64,000 nt of DNA, from positions 578,109-642,108 of the forward strand of contig JH611156.1 in assembly GCA_000252525.1 (NCBI GenBank), in the 5' to 3' direction. The notes beneath the pieces are model-generated. The model saw only the letters and a program-made list of their open reading frames with translations, ran no database searches and had not been told where the DNA came from. Positions within the stretch are counted from its first letter, which is position 1. Each line of letters opens with the position of its first letter. This document shows, piece after piece, positions 1 through 11,668 of this stretch. Both the position numbers and the translations under genes were made by a program. Source of the stretch: SAR86 cluster bacterium SAR86A. GTDB taxonomy: Bacteria > Pseudomonadota > Gammaproteobacteria > Magnimaribacterales > D2472.

Positions 1-356
1 CAGAATCAAATAATTTTATTCCATATGAAATGCATATTGTTTCTGAAGGTGATTCACTTTGGAGGCTAGCAAAAAAATATAACCTAGAGGTTATTGATTT
101 AGCTCGAATGAATAATATAGATGTAAATTCATACTTACAATTAGGTCAACAACTTACAATTGGAAATAAAAATATTCATAGGAATATGGAATCAAAAAAA
201 AGGACAATACTCTATTCTGTTAAACAAGGAGATAACCTATACAAGATATCGGAGTTGTTTGATGTATCCGTAAAAAGCATAAAGGATATTAATAAATTTA
301 AAGAAGAGACATTAAGACCAGGTCAAATTATTAAAATTGCTATTAAAGCTTTCTAG
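1..356 (+). CDS. LysM-repeat protein, C-terminal fragment (5' end outside window; MltD-like lytic transglycosylase C-terminus is plausible)
   Basis: Two LysM-like repeats (HIVSEGDSLWRLAKKYNL..., YSVKQGDNLYKISELFDV...). The frame is open from nt 3 to the first ATG at 30. Confidence 0.6.
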   Translation, partial: ESNNFIPYEMHIVSEGDSLWRLAKKYNLEVIDLARMNNIDVNSYLQLGQQLTIGNKNIHRNMESKKRTILYSVKQGDNLYKISELFDVSVKSIKDINKFKEETLRPGQIIKIAIKAF

Positions 357-1204
357 TTGTCTGAAGTTTTTGGATCAAGAGCATCTCTAAGACCATCACC
401 AAAAAAATTAAGAGCAAATAAAGTTATTGTAAAAGTAATACCAGGATAAATTAGTAACCAACTGTATTCCTCCATAGACTCTACGCCATCTTTAATTAAA
501 GTGCCCCAGCTGCTCATTGGCGGCTGAATACCGAGCCCAAGAAAGCTTAAAAAACCCTCTAGCAACATAACCTGAGGTATTGTGAGAGTTGCATATACTG
601 CAATTGGTCCAAGAATATTTGGTAATAAATGTCTTCTAAACATAGAAAAATTGCTAACTCCCATTGCCTTTGCAGCCATTACAAATTCTTGATTTTTTAA
701 ACCTATTACTTGACCACGAACAATACGAGCCATTGTCAGCCACTCCACTGCTCCAATTGCTCCAAACAATAACCATAAGTTTCTGCCAAAAATAACCATT
801 AAAAGAATGATGAAAATAATAAAAGGTAATCCATATAGAATATCTACTATTCTCATCATAATAGAGTCAACCCTGCCTCCAACATATCCAGCAACAATAC
901 CCCAAGACACTCCTATAACAAGAGCAACACCAGTTGCAACAAATCCTACAAGTAATGATATTCTTGCTCCGTATAATATTCGGCTTAATAGATCCCTACC
1001 TAGAATATCTGTTCCCAACAAATGTTCTCCAGATGGAGGACTTGCTCCCAAATTTAAATCTTGATATGAATAAGAATATGGAGCAATCCAAGGAGCTAAT
1101 ACTGCACAAATAATTAATAAAATTAAAATAAAGCCTCCCAACATAGCAGCCTTATTCCTAGTCAATCTATAGAGAGCATCAGACCAAAGAGAGTTATTAT
1201 TCAT
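353..1204 (-). CDS. ABC transporter permease, OppC/DppC family
   Basis: 283 aa, multi-TM, peptide-type permease pattern (AAKAMGVSNFSMFRRHLLPN). Overlaps the upstream permease gene by 4 nt. Confidence 0.85.
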   Translation of the reverse strand: MNNNSLWSDALYRLTRNKAAMLGGFILILLIICAVLAPWIAPYSYSYQDLNLGASPPSGEHLLGTDILGRDLLSRILYGARISLLVGFVATGVALVIGVSWGIVAGYVGGRVDSIMMRIVDILYGLPFIIFIILLMVIFGRNLWLLFGAIGAVEWLTMARIVRGQVIGLKNQEFVMAAKAMGVSNFSMFRRHLLPNILGPIAVYATLTIPQVMLLEGFLSFLGLGIQPPMSSWGTLIKDGVESMEEYSWLLIYPGITFTITLFALNFFGDGLRDALDPKTSDN

Positions 1205-2124
1205 GATGCATCCCTTGATCTTGGATTAAGCCATAATGCAGCTAAATCTGAAAGCAGATTGAAAAATACAATCATTGCTGAGAAAAAGATCGTTGTACCC
1301 AGAATCATTGTGTAATCCCGGTTAAAAGCTGCCTCTACGTAAAACCTTCCTAAACCAGGAATTTGAAATATAGTTTCTACTACAAATGAACCTGCTAACA
1401 GGCCTGCTATAGCAGGACCTAAAAATGATACAACAGGTATTAAGCCACCCTGCATAGCATGTTTAATCACAACCATTCGCTCAGTTAATCCTTTTGCTCT
1501 TGCGGTTCTTATAAAATCTTGATTAAGAACTTCAAGCATACCTCCTCTGCTTAATCTTGCGATATATGCTGCATAAGCAAAACCAAGTGTTAAAGAAGGC
1601 AAAATTTTGTCTCCAGGCAATTGTCCCCAGCCAGATACTGGTAGCACTTCTAAATTTATTCCAAAAATCAATACCAGCAGAGGTCCCATCAAAAATGTTG
1701 GTACACATATTCCTATCATTGCTATTGCCATTGGAATGAAATCAAAGACGGTGTTTCTTTTTAACGCAGCTAAAACGCCTGAAAATACTCCCATCATTAA
1801 TGCAATTAAGATTGCATAAAAAGCTAGTTCAAAAGTTACAGGCAAACCTGTAGCAATCATTTCAGTAACAGACCTACCTGGGAATCTAAAAGATGGCCCT
1901 AAATCTCCTTGAAGAAGTCCAGACATATAGTCTAAGTATTGCTCCCAATTTGAAGCGTCTAAGTTGTAAGCCTCATTCAAATTCTTTAATACTTGAGGAG
2001 AAACTGCTCTGTCAGCATCGAAAGGCCCACCTGGAGCGATCTTTATTAAAAAAAAGGTTATGCTTGCAACAGCAAAAAGAACTGGTACTGCAATAAGTAT
2101 TCTGCGAATGAAAATTGCTAGCAT
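1201..2124 (-). CDS. ABC transporter permease, OppB/DppB family
   Basis: 307 aa, 6-TM pattern, EAA-loop-like ARAKGLTERMVVIKHAMQG. Lies immediately downstream of the binding-protein gene. Confidence 0.85.
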   Translation of the reverse strand: MLAIFIRRILIAVPVLFAVASITFFLIKIAPGGPFDADRAVSPQVLKNLNEAYNLDASNWEQYLDYMSGLLQGDLGPSFRFPGRSVTEMIATGLPVTFELAFYAILIALMMGVFSGVLAALKRNTVFDFIPMAIAMIGICVPTFLMGPLLVLIFGINLEVLPVSGWGQLPGDKILPSLTLGFAYAAYIARLSRGGMLEVLNQDFIRTARAKGLTERMVVIKHAMQGGLIPVVSFLGPAIAGLLAGSFVVETIFQIPGLGRFYVEAAFNRDYTMILGTTIFFSAMIVFFNLLSDLAALWLNPRSRDAS

Positions 2125-2131
2125 ATTAAGA

Positions 2132-3745
2132 CTAGTCTCTTTCTAAATAAATAAATTTAGGATGATGATGATCTAGAATATGTGGATTAAATCCTTTTAC
2201 ATCTGATGAAAGTTGGTAAGCTCTAACATATGTATATAAGGGTATTACAGGCATATTCTCTATTAAGATCTCCTCCGCTTGATATAGAAGTTCATATCTC
2301 TGAGCCTGATCATTAATTGTGTTAGCCTTTTCAACCAGGGCATCATATTCCATGTTTTCCCAACCAGTTTTATTATTACCTCTATTGGGCCTCATAAGAT
2401 CTAAAAAGGTATTTGGATCCTCGTAATCACCTATCCATCCTGCTCTTGATATTTGGAAATCGCCTATCATTTCCCTATTAAGATAAACTTTCCAGTCCTG
2501 GTTGACTAATTCAACCTCAATTCCAAGATTTACCTGCCACATTTGTTGAACTGCAAGAGCAATTTTTCTGTGATCCTCATTTGTGTTAAATAAAATTTCT
2601 AATTTTGGAAACTCGTTTCCATTTGTAAAACCTGCTTCTTCAAGTAGCGACTTTGCCAATTCTGGGTCGAAAGGGATTTGTGTTTTTGGTTGATATCCAT
2701 TTGATCCTGGAGGAGTAAATGAATATGCTGGAATCTGCCCACACTTTGTAACTTTATCAACCAATAACTGTCTATCAATAGAATAAGCAAGTGCTTTTCT
2801 TACCCTTACATCATTTAAAACTTCATTTTCTGTATTTATTCTATAAAAGTACGTCCCCATATAAGGATCTATTCTTAAGTCTGGATTGCTTTCCATGTAG
2901 ATTGGGCATTTCTGAGATGGTAATGTACTTGTTAGGTGTAACTGTCCAGCCCTAAACATTCTATCTTCAGTCATTACATTTGATACAGGATAATAATGAA
3001 TTTCATTTAACCTAACCATAGAAGCATCGTAATAATGTGGATTCTTTTCTACAACAATCTTATTATTTAGTTCCCAAGTCTTTAGCTGGAATGGGCCATT
3101 GCAAACAAAATTTCCTGGTCTAGTCCATTCACCATTTCTATCATCGATGTCACCATGTTTTAAAACAGTTTCTTTATGAACAGGCCATGTGCTGTAATGA
3201 CTTAGAAGTCCTAAGAAAAAAGGTGTAGGATTCTTTAGATTAACTTTTAAGGTCTTGTCATCTAGAGCTTTAACACCTACTTTAGAAAAATCATCTATTA
3301 GGCCATTATGGTATTCATAAGCACCTTCTAAATAATAAAGCATATCAGGATATTGAGAGCCTAGGCTTGCTGTCAAGATTCTCATCCAAGACCAGACAAA
3401 ATCTTGAGCAGTTACAGGATCTCCATTAGACCATTTAGCATTTTTATTTATATTAAAAATATATTCTTTACCATCATCGCTAATTGACCAAGATTCAGCA
3501 GTACCTGCCATATATCCATTCATATCATTTGGATTTGGATTAGGAATAGTTAAACCCTCACATAAACTAATTAAAATATGATGTTCGGGCACACCTGTAA
3601 CAACATGAGGATCAATACCCTGAGGTTCGGATCCGTTGCCATGATGATAAATTTGATTTGCTAACCCTGAATCTACAGGTGAAATATTTTCTGAACACCC
3701 AAATAACAAAAAGAGTACTGGTATATATATAAATTTTTTATTCAT
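2132..3745 (-). CDS. ABC transporter substrate-binding lipoprotein, family 5 (oligopeptide/dipeptide type)
   Basis: 537 aa, lipobox LLFGC at the N-terminus, family-5 SBP length and composition. First gene of the SBP-permease-permease array. Confidence 0.8.
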   Translation of the reverse strand: MNKKFIYIPVLFLLFGCSENISPVDSGLANQIYHHGNGSEPQGIDPHVVTGVPEHHILISLCEGLTIPNPNPNDMNGYMAGTAESWSISDDGKEYIFNINKNAKWSNGDPVTAQDFVWSWMRILTASLGSQYPDMLYYLEGAYEYHNGLIDDFSKVGVKALDDKTLKVNLKNPTPFFLGLLSHYSTWPVHKETVLKHGDIDDRNGEWTRPGNFVCNGPFQLKTWELNNKIVVEKNPHYYDASMVRLNEIHYYPVSNVMTEDRMFRAGQLHLTSTLPSQKCPIYMESNPDLRIDPYMGTYFYRINTENEVLNDVRVRKALAYSIDRQLLVDKVTKCGQIPAYSFTPPGSNGYQPKTQIPFDPELAKSLLEEAGFTNGNEFPKLEILFNTNEDHRKIALAVQQMWQVNLGIEVELVNQDWKVYLNREMIGDFQISRAGWIGDYEDPNTFLDLMRPNRGNNKTGWENMEYDALVEKANTINDQAQRYELLYQAEEILIENMPVIPLYTYVRAYQLSSDVKGFNPHILDHHHPKFIYLERD

Positions 3746-3756
3746 TATTTCTTTCC

Positions 3757-5634
3757 TTAAAATTGAAGTAGATCATTTAGATTTTCATCAGCTTTCTGAA
3801 ATATATCTTCATTGATAATTTGTTGCATCTTAGTAGCAAAACTATCTTCACCAAATGCAGTATATTCATTAATAATTTCTTGTATATCTTCTTCAGAAGG
3901 CTTTGTGAAGCTATTCAGATTAATTATATATCTATCGCCGTTATTAGCGCTTAAATTTAAAGTAGACCCAGAAGAACTATCAAATATCTCTCGAAGTACT
4001 TCTCTTGGTAATAAAGATGAATATCGTTTCACATCAACATATGATTCTTGAGAAACATAACTGTAAGTATCCACAAAGGATTTTCTGTCATCTGTTTCAG
4101 AATTTTCAAGAATTTCCTCTTGTAAAAGCGAAATTTTTTCAATGGCTTTTGATTCAGATAAATAATCAGCAGTATCTTCTGCTACGTCTTGAAAGGTTTT
4201 TAAAGTTGGTTCTTCTAATCTATCGTATGCCATAAAAATAATCATCTCTCCAGACTCAATAGCTATAGGTTGATCAAGAGTTATTTCATTTGAAAAAAGG
4301 TTTTCTTTAATTGCAGGTTCATTAATTTCGAAATCGTAAGACTCAATTGAATATAGATCAGAGGAAAGTAATTCTTTAGAAATCTCATTTGCAATCTCTT
4401 CAATAGAGCTATTATCCAATAACATATCTTCTAAATTGCTGAAGTCATCATTCATTAATGCAAATGACTCTGTTTCAATTAATTCTTTTTTTAAATTATC
4501 TTTAATCTGATCTTCAGGCAAAGGATCTTGCTCAGTATATTCAGTTATTTTAAGAATATGATAAGTATCAGGCAACTCAATAATATCGCTATAGTCATTT
4601 AACTCCATCTGCTCAATTGCATTATCAAACTCTACTGGATAAATATCTTTCTCAAAGTATTCTAGGTCACCACCATTATCTTTGGTGATTAAGTCTTCAC
4701 TGAATTGATTTGCAAGGGATGAAAAATCATCACCTGCATCTAATTTACTTTCAATTGCCTTTATTGCATCAAAAGCAGCACCTGAATCATCATAGTTATT
4801 TTTATCAATCATGATATGTGCAAATCTAATTTCAGCTTGATTAACTGCTCTATCCAAATACTGCTGATAGGCAGTTTCAATATAGTCACTAGGGATCTCA
4901 ACTGAATCCTCGTAATCAGATTGTTCAACTATAAAATACTTGAATCCTCTTTTTTCATTGGTATAAAAGAGAACTTGATTTTCTTCATAGAAATTTTTTA
5001 ATTCATCGAGCGTATTTACAATCTCGCTTTTTAGACCCTCAAAACTTATTTTAGTAAAATCAAGATCGCTACTTTGTTCAAAAAGAGCTGTTAGTTCATA
5101 TATTTCTTTTTCAGTAACAAAATTGAATCTTGTCAGGGAATCTCGATATATCTCCGAAGCATAAAGTTCTGTCATAGCATCAAGATACCCTTCCTTGGTA
5201 AAACCATTGGAATTTACTTGGGCTTCATAAACATTTTCATCAAAAACACCGTCAATTTGAAATTGAGGTGTTCTGATAATCCCTTTTTGAGCTTCAATGT
5301 TTGAAACATCATTTACAAAACCTAATGATCTAGCCCCAGACAACAATACTTTTTGTAAGATAAGCTCTTGTTTGATTGCGTCTGATCTAATTTCCTCATC
5401 TAATGAATCAAAATCAAATTCATCACCATATATACTTTTAAATCTAGAAACCGCTGAGTTTGCGGCAATTTGAATATCATTTTCAGTAACATCTTCTCCA
5501 TTTATTGATCCGAATGAACCTGTAAATGCTGTTTGAAGTGAGCCAGTTCCAAGGAAAACAAAAGGTACTGCACATACTAGTACAACGAATATAAGTCTCG
5601 GCCCTGTGAGGAAATTTCTTAATGATTCCATCAT
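3757..5634 (-). CDS. ppiD: Periplasmic chaperone / peptidyl-prolyl isomerase PpiD
   Basis: 625 aa, N-terminal membrane anchor, parvulin-like segment (FAHIMID...GGDLEYFEKD). Position after lon-hupB matches E. coli. Confidence 0.85.
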   Translation of the reverse strand: MMESLRNFLTGPRLIFVVLVCAVPFVFLGTGSLQTAFTGSFGSINGEDVTENDIQIAANSAVSRFKSIYGDEFDFDSLDEEIRSDAIKQELILQKVLLSGARSLGFVNDVSNIEAQKGIIRTPQFQIDGVFDENVYEAQVNSNGFTKEGYLDAMTELYASEIYRDSLTRFNFVTEKEIYELTALFEQSSDLDFTKISFEGLKSEIVNTLDELKNFYEENQVLFYTNEKRGFKYFIVEQSDYEDSVEIPSDYIETAYQQYLDRAVNQAEIRFAHIMIDKNNYDDSGAAFDAIKAIESKLDAGDDFSSLANQFSEDLITKDNGGDLEYFEKDIYPVEFDNAIEQMELNDYSDIIELPDTYHILKITEYTEQDPLPEDQIKDNLKKELIETESFALMNDDFSNLEDMLLDNSSIEEIANEISKELLSSDLYSIESYDFEINEPAIKENLFSNEITLDQPIAIESGEMIIFMAYDRLEEPTLKTFQDVAEDTADYLSESKAIEKISLLQEEILENSETDDRKSFVDTYSYVSQESYVDVKRYSSLLPREVLREIFDSSSGSTLNLSANNGDRYIINLNSFTKPSEEDIQEIINEYTAFGEDSFATKMQQIINEDIFQKADENLNDLLQF

Positions 5635-5653
5635 GATGACGCTATTATAGAAT

Positions 5654-5681
5654 AAAAAAAAGGGTGCGTAAGCACCCTTTT
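5654..5681 (-). terminator. Rho-independent terminator downstream of hupB
   Basis: On the minus strand: GGGTGC-ttac-GCACCC followed by T8. Begins 15 nt after the hupB stop. Confidence 0.75.
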
Positions 5682-5696
5682 ATAAGTTAAAAATTC

Positions 5697-5975
5697 TTAG
5701 CTGTTCTTAACCTTATCTTTAAGGCCTTTACCAGCTTTAAAACCTGGAACCTTAGACGCTGGAATATGCATTGCAGCTCCTGTTTGAGGATTTCTACCCT
5801 CTCTAGCAGCTCTATGTCTTACTGAGAAAGTACCAAAGCCAACTAGCGATACTGAATCACCATTACCTAAAGCACCTGCAATCCCATCTAAAACTGCATC
5901 AACAGCTCTACCTGCTGAAGCTTTTGAAAGATCTGCGTCACCTGCTACTGCATCAATCAAGTCTGATTTATTCAT
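5697..5975 (-). CDS. hupB: DNA-binding protein HU-beta
   Basis: 92 aa; [11 protein letters not shown]...[21 protein letters not shown] is a canonical HU sequence. Confidence 0.95.
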   Translation of the reverse strand: MNKSDLIDAVAGDADLSKASAGRAVDAVLDGIAGALGNGDSVSLVGFGTFSVRHRAAREGRNPQTGAAMHIPASKVPGFKAGKGLKDKVKNS

Positions 5976-6062
5976 ATTAATTACTCCTCTGTGATAATTT
6001 ATTTAATCAATACCCTTCTATGAAAAGCCTTTTAAGCCTAAAAGTCAAGCAAATAAAGGGTT

Positions 6063-8459
6063 TTAGTGGGCTGTCTTATTTTCAGTTTTTGTAGAAGTTT
6101 TAGATTTTTCAGTTTTTATTTTCTTAGTCTTTGGAGTTGGTTCTTCTACAAGCGCTGCTGAAATGACATCATCAATCCACTCAACTGGAATAATATTTAA
6201 TGATTTAGTTATCTGTTCAGGTATTTCCTGAAGGTCAGGTTCATTTTCTTTGGGAATTATTACATTCTTTATTCCACCTCGCTTAGCAGCAAGCAGTTTT
6301 TCTTTAAGGCCTCCAATTTTTAGAATCTGCCCTCTAAGCGTAATCTCACCGGTCATAGCTGTATCAGCTCTAACTGGTATTCCTGTAAAAATTGAAATTA
6401 AAGAGATTGCCATTGCACCTCCAGCACTAGGACCATCTTTGGGAGTTGCTCCCTCTGGAACATGAATATGGATGTCGTATTTTTCATAAAAATTAGGTTT
6501 TATTCCTAAAGAATCTGCTCTAGATCTAACAACTGTCATTGCAGCCTGAATTGATTCCTGCATAACATCTCCCAATGAACCAGTTTTAATTACTCTGCCT
6601 TTGCCATCAATGTTAGAAGCTTCAATAGTTAAAAGTTCTCCACCAACTTCTGTCCATGCCAGGCCAGTAACTTGCCCAACTGCATTATCTTTTTCAGCTA
6701 TGCCATATTTGAATTTTCTTACTCCTGAATATTTTTCAAGATTTCTTGCCGTAATGCTAGTGGCTTTTGAATTTGGTTTCTTCGCAATTAATCTTTCTTT
6801 AACTACCTTTCTTAAAATTTTGGCAATTTGTCTTTCAAGACCTCTAACACCAGCCTCCCTAGTGTAGTATCTAATTAAAGCTAAAATTACTTCTTTATTT
6901 AATTTGATTTCATTATCCTTTACGCCGTTACGAGACATTTGCTTGGGTAAAAGATATTTATTTGCAATATTCACTTTTTCATCTTCGATGTAGCCAGGTA
7001 TCCTTATAATCTCCATTCTGTCTAGTAAAGGAGTTGGAATGTTTAGGCTGTTAGCTGTACAAACAAACATCACTTCAGAAAGATCATAATCTACTTCAAG
7101 GTAATGATCGCTAAATGTATTATTTTGTTCAGGATCTAAAACTTCCAATAAAGCAGAAGCGGGATCACCTCTGTGATCCATGCCAATCTTATCGATTTCA
7201 TCTAAAAGAAATAATGGATTTTTTACTCCGACTTTACTAAGTTTTTGAACTATCTTACCTGGCATTGATCCAATATATGTTCTTCTGTGGCCTCGTATTT
7301 CTGACTCATCTCTTACTCCACCTAAGGACATCCTTACAAACTTTCTATTGGTCGCACGAGCAATTGATTCACCAAGTGAAGTTTTTCCAACACCTGGAGG
7401 GCCGACAAGACATAAAACTGGAGCTTTCATAGATTTAACTCTTTTTTGCACTGCAAGATACTCAACTATTCTTTCTTTAACTTCTTCGAGTCCGTAATGA
7501 TCTTCCTCTAATATATCCATCGAAGCTTTAATATCTGTTTTGATTTTTGATTTCTTTTTCCAAGGAACGTCTACAAGACAATCTAAATAAGTTCTTACAA
7601 CGGATGCTTCAGCCGAAGAAGGTGCCATATGTTTAAATTTTGCTAGTTCACTTTTAGCTTTTTTTAATGCCTCTTTAGTCATTCCAACTTCATGGATTTT
7701 CTTCTCAAGGTTTTCTAATTCATCACCCTCTTCTCCAATCTCTCCAAGCTCTTTTTGAGCAGCTTTTATTTGCTCGTTCAGATAATATTCTCTTTGAGAT
7801 TTCTCCATTTGTTTTTTAACTCTATCTCTAATCTTCTTCTCAACATCAACAACATCTAGTTGAGATTCAATAAAAGTTAGAATTTTTTCAGACCTTTCTT
7901 TTAAATCAATCGTTTCAAGTACATCTTGCTTTTTCGAAGTCTCAATTGGTAGATGCCCAGTGATTGTATCTATGAGTCTGGATAAATCATCTAAAGAATC
8001 AACGGTCGAAACTATTTCTGGAGGTATTCTCTTCGTTATACCAATGTAATCTTCAAATTTTGCTTTTATCAATCTGACCAGATTAGCCGATTCACTATCT
8101 TTCAAAACTGGATCTTCTAACTCGATAACTCTTGCCACTGTATATGAGTCTTTATCAATAATTTTGTTTATGGAACATCTTTTGTGCCCCTCTACCAAAA
8201 CCTTCATAGTCCCATCAGGTAATTTTATGAGTTGAAGTAAATTACTTACTGACGCGAATTCGTATATGTCAGAAATTTTTGGGTCTTCATTAGCGGCATC
8301 TTTTTGGCTAACTAATACAAGTTTTTTATTAGAAGACATAGCAACGTTAAGTGCTTCTACAGATTTTGGTCTTCCAACAAAAAGTGTTGTAACAATACCT
8401 GGAAAGACTACTACGTCTCTAAGAGGGATTAGGGGTAAATCAGTTTTAATTTCACTCAT
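6063..8459 (-). CDS. lon: ATP-dependent Lon protease
   Basis: 798 aa, Walker A GPPGVGKTS, catalytic-Ser context PKDGPSAG. Confidence 0.97.
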   Translation of the reverse strand: MSEIKTDLPLIPLRDVVVFPGIVTTLFVGRPKSVEALNVAMSSNKKLVLVSQKDAANEDPKISDIYEFASVSNLLQLIKLPDGTMKVLVEGHKRCSINKIIDKDSYTVARVIELEDPVLKDSESANLVRLIKAKFEDYIGITKRIPPEIVSTVDSLDDLSRLIDTITGHLPIETSKKQDVLETIDLKERSEKILTFIESQLDVVDVEKKIRDRVKKQMEKSQREYYLNEQIKAAQKELGEIGEEGDELENLEKKIHEVGMTKEALKKAKSELAKFKHMAPSSAEASVVRTYLDCLVDVPWKKKSKIKTDIKASMDILEEDHYGLEEVKERIVEYLAVQKRVKSMKAPVLCLVGPPGVGKTSLGESIARATNRKFVRMSLGGVRDESEIRGHRRTYIGSMPGKIVQKLSKVGVKNPLFLLDEIDKIGMDHRGDPASALLEVLDPEQNNTFSDHYLEVDYDLSEVMFVCTANSLNIPTPLLDRMEIIRIPGYIEDEKVNIANKYLLPKQMSRNGVKDNEIKLNKEVILALIRYYTREAGVRGLERQIAKILRKVVKERLIAKKPNSKATSITARNLEKYSGVRKFKYGIAEKDNAVGQVTGLAWTEVGGELLTIEASNIDGKGRVIKTGSLGDVMQESIQAAMTVVRSRADSLGIKPNFYEKYDIHIHVPEGATPKDGPSAGGAMAISLISIFTGIPVRADTAMTGEITLRGQILKIGGLKEKLLAAKRGGIKNVIIPKENEPDLQEIPEQITKSLNIIPVEWIDDVISAALVEEPTPKTKKIKTEKSKTSTKTENKTAH

Positions 8460-8489
8460 TATTTTAATATAGGGATATTAAAATAAATA

Positions 8490-9746
8490 TCAATTACCAG
8501 AAGATGTTTTTTTTCTTTTAGTTTTTAAAAGTTTTATTGGATCATTTTTTGATGCAACAGTCTTTTCGTCAATGATAACTTTCTCAAGATCATCATTTGG
8601 AAGTTCAAACATAGTTTCCATTAATAAATCTTCCATAATCGATCTCAATCCTCTTGCACCAGTTTTCCTGCTAATTGCTTGTTTAGCAATCTCTTTAAGA
8701 GCTTCGTCTCTGAAGTTAAGCTCAACATTATCGATTTCAAATAAATGTTTATATTGATTAACAAGTGCATTTTTTGGTTCTTTTAAAATCCTTACAAGAG
8801 CATCTTCATCTAATTCATGTAAATTTGAAATTACAGGAAGTCTTCCAACAAATTCAGGAATTAATCCATACTTTACAAGATCCTCTGGTTCAAGATCATC
8901 AATATTTTTGTTTAATGAGGTAATTTTTGATTTTGAATCGACCTCAGCGCTAAATCCAATACCTGTTTTGTTTGTTCTCTGTTCGATAACTTTGTTAAGG
9001 CCAGAAAAAGCACCACCACAAATGAACAAAATATTTGAGGTATCTATTTGTATAAATTCTTGTTGAGGATGCTTTCTTCCACCTTGTGGAGGAATTGATG
9101 CAATTGTGCCCTCAATTAACTTTAGTAAAGCCTGCTGGACTCCTTCTCCTGAAACATCTCTAGTTATAGATGGGTTATCAGATTTTCTTGCAATCTTATC
9201 TATCTCATCAATGTAGACTATTCCTAACTCAGCTTTCTCTGGATCATAATCTGCTTTTTGTAATAGTTTTTGAATTATATTCTCAACATCTTCACCAACA
9301 TAACCTGCTTCTGTAAGAGTTGTAGCATCAGCAATTGTAAATGGAACATTTAAAATTTTAGCAAGTGTTTGAGCAAGTAGAGTTTTTCCACTCCCAGTTG
9401 GACCAAGAAGTAAAACGTTACTTTTTTGTAATTCGACATCATCTTTGAGACCTGATCTTTTTAGTCTTTTGTAGTGATTGTATACCGCAACTGATAAGAC
9501 TTTTTTTGCTTTTTCTTGACCGATAACATATTCGTCTAATTGATTATAAATTTCTAGAGGAGATAAAAGCTCCTCGTATGGAGAATCTTCATCATTTTTG
9601 ATCTCTTCTTCAATAATATCATTACACAAGTCAACGCATTCATTACATATGTAAACACTTGGACCCGCAATTAATTTTTTTACTTCATCTTGAACTTTTC
9701 CACAAAATGAACAATTTAATTTATCTGTAGATGTTTCTTTTGACAT
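8490..9746 (-). CDS. clpX: ATP-dependent Clp protease ATP-binding subunit ClpX
   Basis: 418 aa, N-terminal zinc finger CSFCGK...CNEC, Walker A GPTGSGKT. Confidence 0.97.
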   Translation of the reverse strand: MSKETSTDKLNCSFCGKVQDEVKKLIAGPSVYICNECVDLCNDIIEEEIKNDEDSPYEELLSPLEIYNQLDEYVIGQEKAKKVLSVAVYNHYKRLKRSGLKDDVELQKSNVLLLGPTGSGKTLLAQTLAKILNVPFTIADATTLTEAGYVGEDVENIIQKLLQKADYDPEKAELGIVYIDEIDKIARKSDNPSITRDVSGEGVQQALLKLIEGTIASIPPQGGRKHPQQEFIQIDTSNILFICGGAFSGLNKVIEQRTNKTGIGFSAEVDSKSKITSLNKNIDDLEPEDLVKYGLIPEFVGRLPVISNLHELDEDALVRILKEPKNALVNQYKHLFEIDNVELNFRDEALKEIAKQAISRKTGARGLRSIMEDLLMETMFELPNDDLEKVIIDEKTVASKNDPIKLLKTKRKKTSSGN

Positions 9747-9747
9747 A

Positions 9748-10350
9748 TTAAGAATTCCTTACCTCTAGAATATTATCTATTATTCCATAAGTTTTAGCCG
9801 CTTTTGCATCAAGAAAATTATCTCTATCAGTATCTTTTTCGATTTTCTTAATAGTTTGGCCGGTATGCTTTGCCAAAATCTCATTGACAATTTTTTTCAT
9901 GTGTAAAATCTCTTTTGCATGAATTTCAAAATCAGATGCTTGGCCTTGGAAACCTCCTAAAGGCTGATGAATCATGATTCTAGAATTAGGTAAAGCAAAT
10001 CTTTTCTTTTCATCACCACCAGCAAGAAGTAAAGCTCCCATGCTCGCAGCCTGCCCAATACACATCGTAGAAATTGAAGGTTTAACAAATTGCATAGTAT
10101 CGTAAATAGCAAGTCCAGCAGAAATGCTGCCACCTGGTGAATTAATATAAATTGAGATATCTTTTTCAGGATTTTCAGATTCCAAAAATAAAAGCTGAGC
10201 GACAACTAAATTTGAAATGTAGTCATCAATGGGTCCTGACAAAAAAATTACTCTTTCTTTTAATAAACGAGAATAAATATCAAAAGATCTTTCACCTCTA
10301 GGTGTTTGCTCAATTACCATTGGTATTAAAGCTTGCTGGATATCATTCAT
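9748..10350 (-). CDS. clpP: ATP-dependent Clp protease proteolytic subunit ClpP
   Basis: 200 aa; [11 protein letters not shown] and MIHQP motifs. Confidence 0.97.
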   Translation of the reverse strand: MNDIQQALIPMVIEQTPRGERSFDIYSRLLKERVIFLSGPIDDYISNLVVAQLLFLESENPEKDISIYINSPGGSISAGLAIYDTMQFVKPSISTMCIGQAASMGALLLAGGDEKKRFALPNSRIMIHQPLGGFQGQASDFEIHAKEILHMKKIVNEILAKHTGQTIKKIEKDTDRDNFLDAKAAKTYGIIDNILEVRNS

Positions 10351-10358
10351 TGTTAAAC

Positions 10359-11654
10359 CTATCTGTTTGCTAGTTCTGAAAATTTTATCACTTTCTTCTT
10401 AGATTTAAGTGCATTTTTTAATTTTTCAACCAATTGTTCTTCTAAAACAATCATTCTGAATTGTTCTAGCTGTTGTGGTTGTCCAGATATCCATTTTTTG
10501 TATTGTTCAGGATCCTTATATCTTGATGACTCTTTTTCAATAAAATTATCAACATCTTCTTTACTAACATTAATATCAAAATGTTTTATAAGTTCTGCGA
10601 ATAAAAGATCAAGCCTTACTCTTTTTTCAGCTTTTTCAGTAAAAGTACTGACAGGAAATAAGTCATCTCCTGCATTATCTTCAGTGTGACCTATTCTCAT
10701 AAGTGCATCTTTTCTCATCAAGTCTGCCTGTTCATTCACTGTTGATTTAGGAGCACTAAATTTATTCATATTTAAAAGAGTTTCATAAATAGATTCTTTT
10801 GTTAAATCTTTTTCTTGAATTTCAACTTCATTTTCCATCCTTTTAGCAATTTCATCTCTAAACTCTGATTTTTCCTTGATATCCATTTGGAGTTTATCAA
10901 ACAAATCTTTATCAACTTTTGCCTCTGTAATCTCCTGAACTTTTTTTAGATTAATTTCAAACTTTGCATCAACGTTAGCAAGATCTTTTTTAAAGTAGTC
11001 TTCAGGAAATTTACAATCAATAGTAAATTTTGATGGTTTTTTATCAACAAGCTGATCCTCAAATCCTGGAATCATAGATTTGCTTCCTAATATGAGATTA
11101 AAATCTGTAGCAGAATTCCCTTCAAACTCTTCATCGTTAATTTTTCCAAGAAAATCAATAACTACTTGGTCATCTAATTTAGATTTTCGGTCAACATCTT
11201 TCCACTCGCCATATCTTTTTTTTATGTCGTTGATTGCTAAGTCAATATCAGAATCCTCAATTTCTATGGAAAACTCCTCATAATTACTCCATCTTGAGAA
11301 TTTTGGTTTTATATCTGGAAATACTTCGATGACTGCTGAATATGTTAAAGGTTTCTTTGGATCTTCATTCTCAATTGTTACTTGAGGTGAGGAAGCTGGT
11401 CTAATTTTATTATCTGAGATTGCCTTTGGATATGAGTCTTGGATTAATTCATTAATAACTTCCGCATGAATTGATGGGCCATACCTTTGTTCTAGGACAT
11501 CATTTGGTACATTACCCTTCCTGAATCCATCAACTTTTGCTTTAGATTTAATGTTCCTTATCTTTGAGCTGAACTTTTCTTGATAGTCATCAACAGGAAC
11601 CGAAATAGTAATCTTTCTTTCTAAGTCTTTTAATTTTTTAATATTTACTTTCAT
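10359..11654 (-). CDS. tig: Trigger factor
   Basis: Start moved to the ATG at 11654 ([14 protein letters not shown]), which has AGGAA 8 nt upstream. The longer GTG-initiated ORF runs into tRNA-His. Confidence 0.9.
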   Translation of the reverse strand: MKVNIKKLKDLERKITISVPVDDYQEKFSSKIRNIKSKAKVDGFRKGNVPNDVLEQRYGPSIHAEVINELIQDSYPKAISDNKIRPASSPQVTIENEDPKKPLTYSAVIEVFPDIKPKFSRWSNYEEFSIEIEDSDIDLAINDIKKRYGEWKDVDRKSKLDDQVVIDFLGKINDEEFEGNSATDFNLILGSKSMIPGFEDQLVDKKPSKFTIDCKFPEDYFKKDLANVDAKFEINLKKVQEITEAKVDKDLFDKLQMDIKEKSEFRDEIAKRMENEVEIQEKDLTKESIYETLLNMNKFSAPKSTVNEQADLMRKDALMRIGHTEDNAGDDLFPVSTFTEKAEKRVRLDLLFAELIKHFDINVSKEDVDNFIEKESSRYKDPEQYKKWISGQPQQLEQFRMIVLEEQLVEKLKNALKSKKKVIKFSELANR

Positions 11655-11668
11655 TTTATTTCCTAAAT

